Shown here piece by piece: positions 50,001-59,822 of a DNA stretch of 64,000 bases. The notes under the pieces are model-generated. The model did not search any database, had not been told where the DNA came from, and worked only from the letters and a program-made list of their open reading frames with translations. This stretch comes from a virus, in the UHGV virus genome UHGV-0010228. One strand, given 5' to 3'. Each line of letters starts with the position of its first letter. Position 1 is the first letter of the stretch. A program made the translations under genes and the position numbers.

Positions 50001-53000
50001 TTTATTATTCTATAGATGGTAAAACGTGGACTCAATCTAATATAACAACTGGTCATTTTAGTGCTGTATATAATACTACTGGCATATGGATAGCAGGTAG
50101 TAGTATTTTTGATAGTAAAGGTCTTTATTATTCTACAAATGGTAAAACATGGTTTCAATCTAATATAACAAGCGGAGGATTCTATACTATAAATTATGCT
50201 AATGATATATATCTAGCTTGTGGGGAAGGACTTTATTATTCTACAGACGGTAAAACATGGGAAAAGACTACTGTGAGTGGAGGATATCTGACTAGTGGGG
50301 GTTTTAGAAATGCATATTACGCTGATGCTATGTGGGTAGTGTGTAGTAATGATGACTATTGCTCTTATTATTCTAAAGATGGTAAAGCGTGGGCGCAATG
50401 TGAACCAGCTGTCGAAGAGGATGTATTTTGTAATATAGTATATTATTCTAATAAGAGTATATGGGTAGCTGGTAGTGAGCAAAGTAATGGATTGCAATAC
50501 TCTACAAATGGTATGTCGTGGACTCAGTCTAATATAAGCACTGGAATTATTAGAACGGTGTGTTATGGTAATAATATAGTTATAGCTGGTGGATATAACA
50601 CTGGTATATATTATTCTACAGATGGTAAAACGTGGACTCAATCTAATACAACCACTGGATCTTTTAATTTACTTTATTATTATGAGGATATATATATAGC
50701 TGTTAGTGGCAATAATAAAGGTCTTTATTATTCTACAGATGGTAAAACATGGACTCAATCTAATATAACTAGTGGAAGTTTTATGACTTCTATAGGTGAA
50801 TCATACCACCCAGTTACAACAAATAACAACAATAATTACATCTACTGTAATAGTAGATTAGCATCTTTCCCTGCGGTTACTGCTGATGATACTCATAGTA
50901 ATACTAAATATAGTATTGGATCATTAGAGAATTCTAAAATTCAACAATTAACTTATCAGGATACTAGAACTACTAATACAACATATTACGGATTATCTAC
51001 ATTTAATAATTCAACAGCAATATTATTAGGTCAATTCGAAGGGGCGAATCAAATTACTGATAATTATGCATATTCTACAGATAGTGGAGCAACATGGACT
51101 GGTGCGCATATGCCTAAAAAAGGCGAATGGATACATGTCGGAAAATTAATGAGTAAATATATTGCAGTATGTAATAGTAGTAATAATTTAGCAATATATG
51201 AATCGTCAGATGGGAAATCATGGTCACAGGGATCTATAACAAATTCCAATGGTAACGCATTAGCAAATAACATGATATCTATAAATAACGATGAAAATGA
51301 TGTTAAAATAAAAGTAATAACTAGTCCACTTATATCATCATTTGCAATAATCGTTTATACAACAATTGGCATAAATGTTGAAGGATATTATGTTTCATCT
51401 TCATTAAGCACTGGAAGTGCATTTAAAGTACAAAATTTCTCATCAAATATGACATCAACCCCATTATGTGCTATAAACGATACTTCACAAAAATGTATGT
51501 TTTTAGGTTGGAGTAATAATGGTAAATTTATGTACAGTGATGATATGCTATTATCACTCATGAATGGTGATTACTATACTGAAGTTACATCTTCAGAATC
51601 AATATCAAACTGGGATATGTATTCTGAAATAACAGGTGTAAAACTTTCAGATACTCAATATTTAGTATCGATGCAACCAACTTCATCATCAAGCTTAGTT
51701 AAAGTAGGATTGCTCGATACAAGTGCAAATACTTTAACATTTAGAGCGTCAACGTGGTATAATGGTAGATTTGTTGCTCCAGCAAATGGTAAGTTATATG
51801 CACTTAATACTTATAGTGTAAATGGAAATAGTGGTGGAGGTAAATTTACATCTATAACAAACTATGACACAACTAATACTGTAAAAGATGATGTTCTTCC
51901 GTCAGATCTATCATCATCTATAAGTAAAAATGATAAAACATATACTACATTATGCTCTTCAGGTACAAATCTTATTACAGTTATAAATGGTGAACCATAT
52001 GCATATTATACTAAGAACCCATTAGTAATTTCTGGTGGTGATGATAGATATATTAGAGCTATAGATTTCTTAACTGGAAATACAATATGGTCATTCTCAT
52101 TATCATATGCTGCAAATGGTATATATGTAAGTGATGATAAGAAGTTTGTATATGCTACAGTAAATGGCAATTCATCATCAGCTAATCTTTATAAATATAA
52201 TATTAATGCTACTAATTTATCTTCAATGAAGTATTCTACTAATTCATATTCTAGTGCAATATTCGGTAATGGAGATAAGATATTTACTGTTAAAAGTTCT
52301 AATGGTGGTATATTAGCCGCATATGATCCTGAATATCTTACAAATGATTATTCACTTACAGGTGCTAATGATACATCAACTGGACAGGAATATGGTAGAT
52401 GTTTAACTTATGATTCTGCTGGTGATTATATATATGCTGGTACTTATATGAATACTGGCAAAGGCCATTTACATAAATATAAATTAAAAGAAATTGAATA
52501 TGAAAAGATAGCAAGGGTATATAAGACTACTACAACAGGAGAAGATACTGAGGGAAAGGTATGGACTCAATCTAATATAAATAGTGGAGATTTTTATACA
52601 GTGTATTATGGTAATAGTATATGGGTAGCCGGCAGTATTAGCGGTAAAGGTCTTTATTATTCTACAAACGGTAAAGTATGGACTCAATCTAATATAACTA
52701 GTGGAGATTTTAGATCTGTATATAATGCTAATGGTATATGGGTAGCTGCTAGTGATAGTGATAATGGTCTATATTATTCTACAGATGGTAAAGTATGGAC
52801 TCAATCTAATATAAATAGTGGATATTTTTATACAGTGTATTATGATAATAGTATATGGGTAGCTTGTAGTGGTAAAGGTATATTTTATTCTACAGATGGT
52901 AAATCATGGACTCAATCTAATATAAATAGTGGAGATTTTTATACAGTGTATAATGCTAATGGTATATGGATAGCTGGTGGTATTGATACTGGTCTTTATT

Positions 53001-53476
53001 ATTCTACAAACGGTAAAGTATGGACTCAATCTAATATAACTAGTGGAGATTTTAGATCTGTATATAATGCTAATGGTATATGGGTAGCTGGTAGTGATAG
53101 TGATAATGGTCTATATTATTCTACAGATGGTAAAGTATGGACTCAATCTAATATAGATAATGGTAGTTTTAATACTGTATATTATGCTAATGATATATGG
53201 GTAGCTGGTAGTAGTGTTAATAAAGGTCTTTATTATTCTACAGATGGTAAATCGTGGACTCAATCTAATATAACTAGTGGAGATTTTAGATCTGTATATA
53301 ATGCTAATGGTATAATTATTGCTGGTAGTTATAGTAGTAATGGTATATTTTATTCTACAGATGGTAAATCATGGATTCAATCTAATATAAATAGTGGAGA
53401 TTTTTATACTGTATATAATGCTAATGGTATATGGGTAGCTGGTAGTATTGATACTGGTCTTTATTATTCAGAATAA
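47015..53476 (+). CDS. giant receptor-binding protein (2153 aa) with multiple BNR-like beta-propeller arrays
   Basis: GAAAGGAG RBS; N-terminal module shared with 43688 and 55467; two arrays of near-identical 114-bp repeats (49876-50790, 52556-53473). Confidence 0.75.
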   Translation: MPWFPTCGGVDTSDANVTPEDVLEGKIVYSHNGPVVGTIPSLPEKTWIPGPEEQVIPGGHYIAGTQTIKGDPNLYPENIVKGKTIFGVEGTGIPVEFNDPTFIEKLCVSDFKGKVDFSKDSEYFYTYGTSIINKHNSTTGEVIWSQSISDDTKKIYSNLYITPDDLLIYYGSKNGYLNSIIADSGISHLSVKVLDTTKSVEYIKGIENYKGSTFSLLLFVPNTTVIGRVDFIDTSTNNIETITIPSSYSIDVDDKDIYYYCNSSSPRKICKICTDSADNYEIETGTINSYGIQPDGKYLYTVAKVDNTTDKLSQYNAETGALVRSVNVDVNTRDNCSLLITDSLSEYIYLQNTRTIYRYSTDLLLNYANNPFLFTDGTVSSAVDSASVDSNGEYVYVSYLSEDTSELYKYKQVFGSIYPLENPDPYINIDRIIKRKKDTYKTYETPVEIWDDEYDSEIDSISCTDDGHYVYICTQNNGFIKMNSVNKKIIWSYNDGMSGYVVVDHNDKYVYVATNSALTKLDASNGNVVISLSDYARSRTAAYSIQNMTITDDNEYLVYINNNSSSASSSKIVKFKTSDMSVKWEKTPHTNYINQLDLVSKTGDIYFNKSSQIPIETDYILPFTGGVNNVVYFNSKYLLLPNKTFITNSETNTTEFTYYLGDTLNIAYMEKHTISTDGMNTNFSDYTITKIVASSYVCIIYVKGIDNASLTESETSLNKYYYTYDGVNWSEGSFGLYCPTSNIINCSNTFIYSASDKSTYNKLFSSYDGINWTENTNYTDTYTNGTVWGLGYVNSRYLLVSNILQYSTDFKTFSTATIASLPSETAVGENFANKYGEIHCVYIYSRYYLACADGIYYSSDLNTWTKCTFTYPTSADFPSELSYPLLMTNYSNYIYIIESASGNTAEISNYVRSIYITSTSQTSFNVTNIKAAPLLSETSSTSTLFVTGGCVSDNAIAGLYYSTDGKTWTQSNLTTGLFSDVCNFDIWVAGSSDDGLYYSIDGKTWTQSNITTGHFSAVYNTTGIWIAGSSIFDSKGLYYSTNGKTWFQSNITSGGFYTINYANDIYLACGEGLYYSTDGKTWEKTTVSGGYLTSGGFRNAYYADAMWVVCSNDDYCSYYSKDGKAWAQCEPAVEEDVFCNIVYYSNKSIWVAGSEQSNGLQYSTNGMSWTQSNISTGIIRTVCYGNNIVIAGGYNTGIYYSTDGKTWTQSNTTTGSFNLLYYYEDIYIAVSGNNKGLYYSTDGKTWTQSNITSGSFMTSIGESYHPVTTNNNNNYIYCNSRLASFPAVTADDTHSNTKYSIGSLENSKIQQLTYQDTRTTNTTYYGLSTFNNSTAILLGQFEGANQITDNYAYSTDSGATWTGAHMPKKGEWIHVGKLMSKYIAVCNSSNNLAIYESSDGKSWSQGSITNSNGNALANNMISINNDENDVKIKVITSPLISSFAIIVYTTIGINVEGYYVSSSLSTGSAFKVQNFSSNMTSTPLCAINDTSQKCMFLGWSNNGKFMYSDDMLLSLMNGDYYTEVTSSESISNWDMYSEITGVKLSDTQYLVSMQPTSSSSLVKVGLLDTSANTLTFRASTWYNGRFVAPANGKLYALNTYSVNGNSGGGKFTSITNYDTTNTVKDDVLPSDLSSSISKNDKTYTTLCSSGTNLITVINGEPYAYYTKNPLVISGGDDRYIRAIDFLTGNTIWSFSLSYAANGIYVSDDKKFVYATVNGNSSSANLYKYNINATNLSSMKYSTNSYSSAIFGNGDKIFTVKSSNGGILAAYDPEYLTNDYSLTGANDTSTGQEYGRCLTYDSAGDYIYAGTYMNTGKGHLHKYKLKEIEYEKIARVYKTTTTGEDTEGKVWTQSNINSGDFYTVYYGNSIWVAGSISGKGLYYSTNGKVWTQSNITSGDFRSVYNANGIWVAASDSDNGLYYSTDGKVWTQSNINSGYFYTVYYDNSIWVACSGKGIFYSTDGKSWTQSNINSGDFYTVYNANGIWIAGGIDTGLYYSTNGKVWTQSNITSGDFRSVYNANGIWVAGSDSDNGLYYSTDGKVWTQSNIDNGSFNTVYYANDIWVAGSSVNKGLYYSTDGKSWTQSNITSGDFRSVYNANGIIIAGSYSSNGIFYSTDGKSWIQSNINSGDFYTVYNANGIWVAGSIDTGLYYSE
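49876..50790 (+). repeat. tandem BNR-like repeat array 1 in giant fibre gene
   Basis: Recurring ggtctttattattctacagatggtaaaacatggactcaatctaatataac units. Confidence 0.8.
52556..53473 (+). repeat. tandem BNR-like repeat array 2 in giant fibre gene (eight 114-bp units)
   Basis: Near-identical units e.g. 52677-52790 vs 53022-53136. Confidence 0.8.
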
Positions 53477-53633
53477 TTTTATTTTTTAAATCTAAAAATT
53501 TATATTTAATATTAACACTTAATTCACACAAAAGAAGAGTTAAAAATATTAATATTTAATGATATTAATATTTTTCTATTAATAAATTTTGTGTTAATTG
53601 AGTAAATTCAATTAATAATTCAAATTTGTAATT

Positions 53634-53692
53634 AAAAAAAAATGTAGATGAGTATATATTTTAAAATATATACTCATCTACATTTTTTTTTT
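53634..53692. terminator. bidirectional A9-palindrome-T10 terminator between giant fibre gene and gene B'
   Basis: aaaaaaaaa tgtagatgagtatatatttt aaaatatatactcatctaca tttttttttt. Confidence 0.8.
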
Positions 53693-53730
53693 ATCATCTA
53701 TATCTCTCTTCATTCTCTATATATTTTTTT

Positions 53731-53770
53731 CTATAAATTAATATATAGATATTATTATATTAATTTATAG
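53731..53770. repeat. truncated P element
   Basis: ctataaattaatata + tagatattattatattaatttatag followed by gtaaataagagagaaa and palindrome gaatgactaatattagtcattc (53793-53814). Confidence 0.7.
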
Positions 53771-54162
53771 GTAAATAAGAGAGAAAAATAGTGAATGACT
53801 AATATTAGTCATTCACTATTTTAATATATTTAAATATTTATTAGCTTCATCATTACTTATCTTACACGTTCACGATAATGCTTACTCCGTAAAGTATTTA
53901 TTATATTATACATTTCATCTTTACTCATGAATCGAAGCTGATTATCTAATTTATACACATAAAATTTTGTGGTACCTAAATCAGATTTAAACGTTACTGC
54001 TGAAAAAGATATACCTTTGACTTTAAAATATTTAATTTTTGACTTGATATTTGGATTTGAGTTAGTAATCTCTTTACCTTTTTCTTTAGCTTGAATCTTA
54101 TAGAATTCGATAAAGAATTTTTCATTAAGAGTAGTCCGTTTAAAAGGTTATATAATTAATTA

Positions 54163-55173
54163 TTAATTTGGCGATACTATTAATTTAGATATAATTGCGC
54201 TTATTCTGGTATAATGAGATGATAAATATTTAGTTTTTTTGAGAATGAGTTCATGTATATTAGTTCCTGTACGGCCGTCACCTATGCGTTGTCGTGCAAT
54301 ACGTAATCCGTTGTCATTTTTCATATTAAATTCGTAATTTCCATGATGAGTTTTTAACTCATTCAGTCTGTTATTGATAAAATTTAAGATAATACCGGCG
54401 CTCTTGTTTAATTTCGATACTTTATTTAAAAGTGTAATATAATGTTTTTCAACACTAGGTATCTTACTCGTTAATAGATTAGATCCTTTATTCGCTATAC
54501 TATTTTCCAATTTTGTTAATTGAGAATCAATCTCATCATTAGAATAACGACGGCTATTATCCTCATAATATTCTAAGCGATCTTCTGCCTTATCATCTGA
54601 TATTATTTTTGTTCCTCGTTTAGCTTCGAGAATTATTATATTTAACGCTTCGTTATATCTATTAGCTTCCACATCTATATAATCTGCTATTCTTACCAAG
54701 AATCTCAAATCAATTTCTAAGTCTTTTTTCAATTGATTACCTTTTAATTTAGGGCTTTTATATCTACTAGTCTTTTCAGGCTCTGGTAAACTTTTAACTA
54801 TTGGCTTATCTTCTTCTTTACCATCACTTTTTAATCTTCTTCTAGTTATATTCTTACCTCTACCTTTAGCAAATTTATTAGATGTAGAAGTAGATAAATT
54901 ATCTTCATCATTTTCTTCTGGATATGGTTCTTCTTCATCTTCTTCTTCTATTGATTTATTTCCTCTATTTTTAATAAAGTTTTTAACAGATTCCCACGCT
55001 TTCTTTATCTTTTTACCTAATTCTCCTAATTTATTCGTTATAGTTTCCCATATTTTCTTTAACCATCCCCATATAGTACTACCTACATTTTTTACTTTAT
55101 CTATAATACCTTCATATGCATAATCATTATCTATTATATTATATGATTCTAATGTATTATATAAATCAAACAT
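54163..55173 (-). CDS. Lys/Glu-rich protein, paralogue B' (336 aa)
   Basis: RBS and first 36 codons identical to 38379 gene in inverted orientation. Confidence 0.65.
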   Translation of the reverse strand: MFDLYNTLESYNIIDNDYAYEGIIDKVKNVGSTIWGWLKKIWETITNKLGELGKKIKKAWESVKNFIKNRGNKSIEEEDEEEPYPEENDEDNLSTSTSNKFAKGRGKNITRRRLKSDGKEEDKPIVKSLPEPEKTSRYKSPKLKGNQLKKDLEIDLRFLVRIADYIDVEANRYNEALNIIILEAKRGTKIISDDKAEDRLEYYEDNSRRYSNDEIDSQLTKLENSIANKGSNLLTSKIPSVEKHYITLLNKVSKLNKSAGIILNFINNRLNELKTHHGNYEFNMKNDNGLRIARQRIGDGRTGTNIHELILKKTKYLSSHYTRISAIISKLIVSPN

Positions 55174-55254
55174 TATAATACCTCCTTATATTATATAATA
55201 TTAATATAATGTATAACAAAAAAAAAACAAATGAATGACTAATAATAGTCATTC
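55062..55254. repeat. inverted repeat IR-B right copy
   Basis: See 38297-38490. Confidence 0.85.
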
Positions 55255-55272
55255 TCTATTCTCTATTATAAC

Positions 55273-55326
55273 CTATAAATTAATATAATTATTCTATACT
55301 ATAGATATTATTATATTAATTTATAG
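55273..55326. repeat. truncated P element (left arm deleted)
   Basis: ctataaattaatata + attattctatactatagatattattatattaatttatag; followed by gtaaataagagagaaagtaataga. Confidence 0.75.
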
Positions 55327-55410
55327 GTAAATAAGAGAGAAAGTAATAGATAGAGTAATGATAGATAGAGTATACATCGTCTTAGATGTATACTCATATA
55401 TTATTCGCCT

Positions 55411-55427
55411 CAAAACACCATGATAAA
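55411..55427 (+). promoter_or_regulatory. conserved fibre-gene upstream motif caaaacaccatgataaa
   Basis: 40 nt upstream of TTG 55467. Confidence 0.45.
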
Positions 55428-55466
55428 TTTTATATAAACCATAAATCCCTGAAAGGAGTGATTATA

Positions 55467-58400
55467 TTGGCATGGTATACAGCAGTTAATGCACATGATA
55501 CATCAGATGCTACTGCATCTGATAATGATATTAGAAAAGGTAAAACTGCATATGTTAATAATAAATTAGTTACTGGTACAATGCCAGAAAAAGCTGCTGC
55601 TACATATACACCATCAACGAAAGATCAAACTATAACTAGTGGAGTATATTTAGCCGGAGATCAGACTATAAAAGGAGATTCTAATCTCATATCTGATAAT
55701 ATAGTTAGAAAAAAATCAATATTTGGAGTTGAAGGAAATCAAATTCCTATAGAATTTAATGATCAAGTAAAGATGCTGAGTGGGATTACTCACGAAACTA
55801 TAACCTATGATAATGAAAAAATATTAACATCTTTTAATAAAAATACCAATGCCGCTGTAATAATGAGCGCAATTAGATTAAATGATGAAAATTATAATGT
55901 AACGAAAGTTTATTCATATAAGATATTATTTACATATTTGTCATTAGATACATATGATGTAGTATCATCATCAACATTCATTATTTGTAGATCTAAAATT
56001 GATGGTTATGCTGATAGTGATACTGATGAAATAATACAATCTAGAAATAACTTTACTACTACAAATTTCTTTCCTGTAACTGAAAGACCAATGATAACTA
56101 GTATTTCATTAGAAAATGATGGAATAGTACTTGTATCTATGAGAGGAATCAGTTCATACATTGGATCTGGTGCTAATTTTCAAAATATAGCAAAAATCGA
56201 TCTGAAAAACGGAAAATTGATATCAACAATGTCAATTCTTGATGATTATGTAAATCATATATCAAATGCAGTTAATTGTGTGAAAATGATTGATGATAAT
56301 ATTTATATAGATGGTCCTGCAACACAGCCGGGATTAAATTATATAACAGTTGATGGTGCATATTCAATATCGCCATACTCATCGGCAATTAATGGATATA
56401 TATTATATGAATATCATAATGATATAAGCACTGAACCTATACAATATTATGTTGTAACCGAACAATATAATTCATCGTTAGGTATATATGAACCAAAACT
56501 ATCTGAGAAAAAACAGATCCCAGCATATGGTTGGTGTATGGATAGATACTCTAGAATTATGCTTACTGATTATCATAATGCTAATGTCTGGGACTATATA
56601 TGTTATTTTAACGGATATTACTATATAATATTTGGTTTGGCATATGATGATCATTTATTAAGAACTACAGATTTTTCTAATTTTGATTATATTAGCTTTA
56701 CTGATGATTTTAAAATTTCATTTTACAGTAATCGAACTGCCATGGTATCTGCTCTTATTTCAGATACAGTAAATAATAAATTATTATTTTTATGCACTGA
56801 CGATCATCGTTTTGCTATATATGATGGTACTACTAATAAAACATCATATTTAGCCTTACCATATGATAACTATAATACAGGATATAATGGATTTACAACA
56901 CTTAGAAGTGCGGCATTTGACTATAATAAAACCTTCGTATTTCATTTTGGACAAAATAGTGCAAATTCAAAAGATTATCCAGATCCAACGAATAACTATA
57001 TTTTCGTGACAACAAATTATGGATCGTCATACACAGTTATTGACATTAAAGATATCTTTTCAGAAGCTATACAAAATCAGCTAAGCGGTTATTCGATTAA
57101 TTATGGCATTGGTCTTGGATATATAAATGAAGCTTTTTATATATTTTCAACAGCTAGAAATTCTAATTCATCGAGTTATAATAGCTATGTTATAATATCT
57201 AAATCTATTGATGGACTTAATTGGGAAACACCTACATTAGTATATAATAGCGACACATATTATACAACACATTCAAAAAAAAGTATTGCCGGTGATAGTA
57301 ATAATACTATAGTAATCATAACCACATCAGAACGAAATAATGATGATAGTACAAGAGTAGGATATATATATTCAAGGGATAATGGGGTATCATGGTCATC
57401 AATAAATACATTAAGATCTTCTTTTACTGCGAATGGTACTATCGCAACCTCAATTGCATATGGTAATGGAAAATTTATTGTTACAATTAGCTGTTCTGAT
57501 GATGATTATGTTAGAATATACTATAGTACAAATGGGTCGTCGTGGTCAAGCACATCTTTATCAATCAATAGTGATAAAGAGTGTTGTTATAGAGTTTCGT
57601 ATTGTAATGATCGCTTTATAATGATGCCATCATGGGGCTATAGATTTTTTTATAGCACAGATGGTATATCTTGGACATCATCTGCTGCGCTATATAATAG
57701 AGGATCATGCAAAATAACTATAAAACCATATATGCTGACTGATTCTAGATACTCATTGTATTTTAACAATTCTTCATATTCTTCACAATATCTTGAAAAG
57801 ATATTATACATTGTACCGGACTATTGTTCGAGTCTTGGTTGGAGCAGTTATGGTATAAATAAAACGATAGGAACTCTTGATGGCTCATCGTGGTATTTGT
57901 ATAAACGTAATGATTCTTTTTCTATTTCAGCTCCTGATTGGTTATCTGATACTTACTATCCTAATAAAAGTTACGAATGTGATGATGAGAAATCCTTTAC
58001 AAATAATATTTATATTGGCATGAGTTATGGTACAGACCCAACCTCATCAATATATGGAAAGTACCCATTTTACACAACTAATGGGCGACAGATATATGCA
58101 TGGACAGCAATGATTTCTGTGCTTGCTCAGCTTAAATCAATTACTACCAATATGGTTGATTATTTTTGTGTATTCTATAGCACATATTATAATAAATATT
58201 TAATTATACTTACTATATATGATAAACCGAATTCAAAACGTGTTACGTATATGTACTATACCACATCTATCGGAACTGCAACTGTAAATAGTTACAATTT
58301 TGATTCTGCCGATTTTCACGACAATTTTGTTTCTGCTATAGATATGTCCACTCTTAGTATGTATGAAGAATTAGATATTGGGAAAATTGTCTTTTATAGT

Positions 58401-59738
58401 AAAACTGGGCTCGCAATTTTTAAATTTAATGCCAATGGAACAGCTATTGATAGTGTATCAATCACAAAATTATCTTTTACTGATAATACTATATATAAAT
58501 ACAACAATAAATATTATACATATATTTCATCAAATGATAATATTAAAATTTATGAATCGTCAAATCTTTCAGATTGGACAACAAAGACTATTTCAGAATG
58601 TAATATTTTTAAAATAATAAATCAAGGGGTTGCCTCTTCCAATATTGGAAAGAGTGCTGAAAATTATAGTTATATGACTCTTGGCAACATTCGCTTATCA
58701 TTAGGGCTTATTCCATTTAGTGATAAGGGTTATGGTGGCGATGAAATTAACAGTAGTTATAGCAAATCGATATCGTCTCCTGGCATATATTTATATGACA
58801 GTAGTTCTAATATGGAATATTTAATGTGTATAGATGCTAATTTAATACGAATAGTTCGATCTCAAAAAATGAATAATATTGGTGGTGCGCTAGCATCTAA
58901 TAATTTAGTGCTGTTACATAGTCAAAAAAATAGTAAAAAGGTGCTATACTATATTCATCCAAAGTCTAAATCGGGGTATCGAACTTCATTATATAAACTA
59001 AATGATGATAGTGATTCATACACAATCATCGACGATTCCCCAAACGATTATATTGATGGCGATGTTATTGATATATTACAAATATCTGAAACTAGATATA
59101 TTACAGTAAATAAGCGCAGATTATTATCTACAGCTTTAGGTGTAGAATATGCCAGACCTATGGAATATCTTATTAATTATTATACTATAAATGAGGGTAA
59201 GGCAGATACAAAACAAAATACTATCGCTATATCTGTAAATCCTACTAATTATACATTTACATATTTACATAGTATATATTCTAATTCATATATATATACA
59301 ACATTCTTAAGAAGTGATAATAGGATGATACGATATACTCAAACAAATGATATTGAATCATCATTGACCGATATACCAGTATCATCTATATCAGGCGTTT
59401 CAACATTCGGTGGAGCACTTGTTACTTCGGATTATATATATATAATACGCACAAATAATATTTTACAAAAGCTATATCGAGGAACCACGTCAATTGGATC
59501 ATCAATATGGAAATTTACAATTCCACAGACAAATACTAATGAATCATTTATTAAAATTGATATAGATTCTAGGGGAAATATATGGTGTATTTCACAATAT
59601 AGAACTGTAATATTAGTAGAGTCAGTAGGCTCTGCATATCTCAAATCTAATAAAACTAATGATCCTGCATATATTGCAATAAATAACAGGTCTGAAGAAT
59701 ATAATGATCTATATGATGTTTTTTATATATATGATTAA
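55467..59738 (+). CDS. large receptor-binding protein (about 1424 aa), AWY-class N-domain, divergent Asp-box-like repeats
   Basis: Probable TTG start 55467 (GAAAGGAGTG 9 nt upstream) giving MAWYTAV aligned to MAWYEY of 43688; track ORF begins further upstream. Confidence 0.6.
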   Translation: MAWYTAVNAHDTSDATASDNDIRKGKTAYVNNKLVTGTMPEKAAATYTPSTKDQTITSGVYLAGDQTIKGDSNLISDNIVRKKSIFGVEGNQIPIEFNDQVKMLSGITHETITYDNEKILTSFNKNTNAAVIMSAIRLNDENYNVTKVYSYKILFTYLSLDTYDVVSSSTFIICRSKIDGYADSDTDEIIQSRNNFTTTNFFPVTERPMITSISLENDGIVLVSMRGISSYIGSGANFQNIAKIDLKNGKLISTMSILDDYVNHISNAVNCVKMIDDNIYIDGPATQPGLNYITVDGAYSISPYSSAINGYILYEYHNDISTEPIQYYVVTEQYNSSLGIYEPKLSEKKQIPAYGWCMDRYSRIMLTDYHNANVWDYICYFNGYYYIIFGLAYDDHLLRTTDFSNFDYISFTDDFKISFYSNRTAMVSALISDTVNNKLLFLCTDDHRFAIYDGTTNKTSYLALPYDNYNTGYNGFTTLRSAAFDYNKTFVFHFGQNSANSKDYPDPTNNYIFVTTNYGSSYTVIDIKDIFSEAIQNQLSGYSINYGIGLGYINEAFYIFSTARNSNSSSYNSYVIISKSIDGLNWETPTLVYNSDTYYTTHSKKSIAGDSNNTIVIITTSERNNDDSTRVGYIYSRDNGVSWSSINTLRSSFTANGTIATSIAYGNGKFIVTISCSDDDYVRIYYSTNGSSWSSTSLSINSDKECCYRVSYCNDRFIMMPSWGYRFFYSTDGISWTSSAALYNRGSCKITIKPYMLTDSRYSLYFNNSSYSSQYLEKILYIVPDYCSSLGWSSYGINKTIGTLDGSSWYLYKRNDSFSISAPDWLSDTYYPNKSYECDDEKSFTNNIYIGMSYGTDPTSSIYGKYPFYTTNGRQIYAWTAMISVLAQLKSITTNMVDYFCVFYSTYYNKYLIILTIYDKPNSKRVTYMYYTTSIGTATVNSYNFDSADFHDNFVSAIDMSTLSMYEELDIGKIVFYSKTGLAIFKFNANGTAIDSVSITKLSFTDNTIYKYNNKYYTYISSNDNIKIYESSNLSDWTTKTISECNIFKIINQGVASSNIGKSAENYSYMTLGNIRLSLGLIPFSDKGYGGDEINSSYSKSISSPGIYLYDSSSNMEYLMCIDANLIRIVRSQKMNNIGGALASNNLVLLHSQKNSKKVLYYIHPKSKSGYRTSLYKLNDDSDSYTIIDDSPNDYIDGDVIDILQISETRYITVNKRRLLSTALGVEYARPMEYLINYYTINEGKADTKQNTIAISVNPTNYTFTYLHSIYSNSYIYTTFLRSDNRMIRYTQTNDIESSLTDIPVSSISGVSTFGGALVTSDYIYIIRTNNILQKLYRGTTSIGSSIWKFTIPQTNTNESFIKIDIDSRGNIWCISQYRTVILVESVGSAYLKSNKTNDPAYIAINNRSEEYNDLYDVFYIYD

Positions 59739-59822
59739 ATATATTATATGCAATAAACTTATATATAAAAATGATATTTCAAATCTCAAAAAATGTAAAT
59801 TATTAATGGAGGTATTATTATA

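Noticed and set aside
41468-53473. Tandem near-identical repeats considered as a CRISPR array
   Set aside because: Period 114 bp with no unique spacers, in frame inside long coding sequences. No cas genes in the window.
26327-53476. Diversity-generating retroelement targeting fibre C-termini
   Set aside because: No reverse-transcriptase ORF and no template/variable repeat pair with adenine-specific differences visible in the window.
34264-55345. Classical recombinase-driven phase-variation switch (Gin/Cin/Hin-like) controlling fibre expression
   Set aside because: No serine or tyrosine recombinase ORF in 64 kb. The IRs carry complete promoter/RBS/5' ends on both sides, so inversion would be functionally symmetric. 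Kept as an architecture finding but not annotated as a proven inverton.
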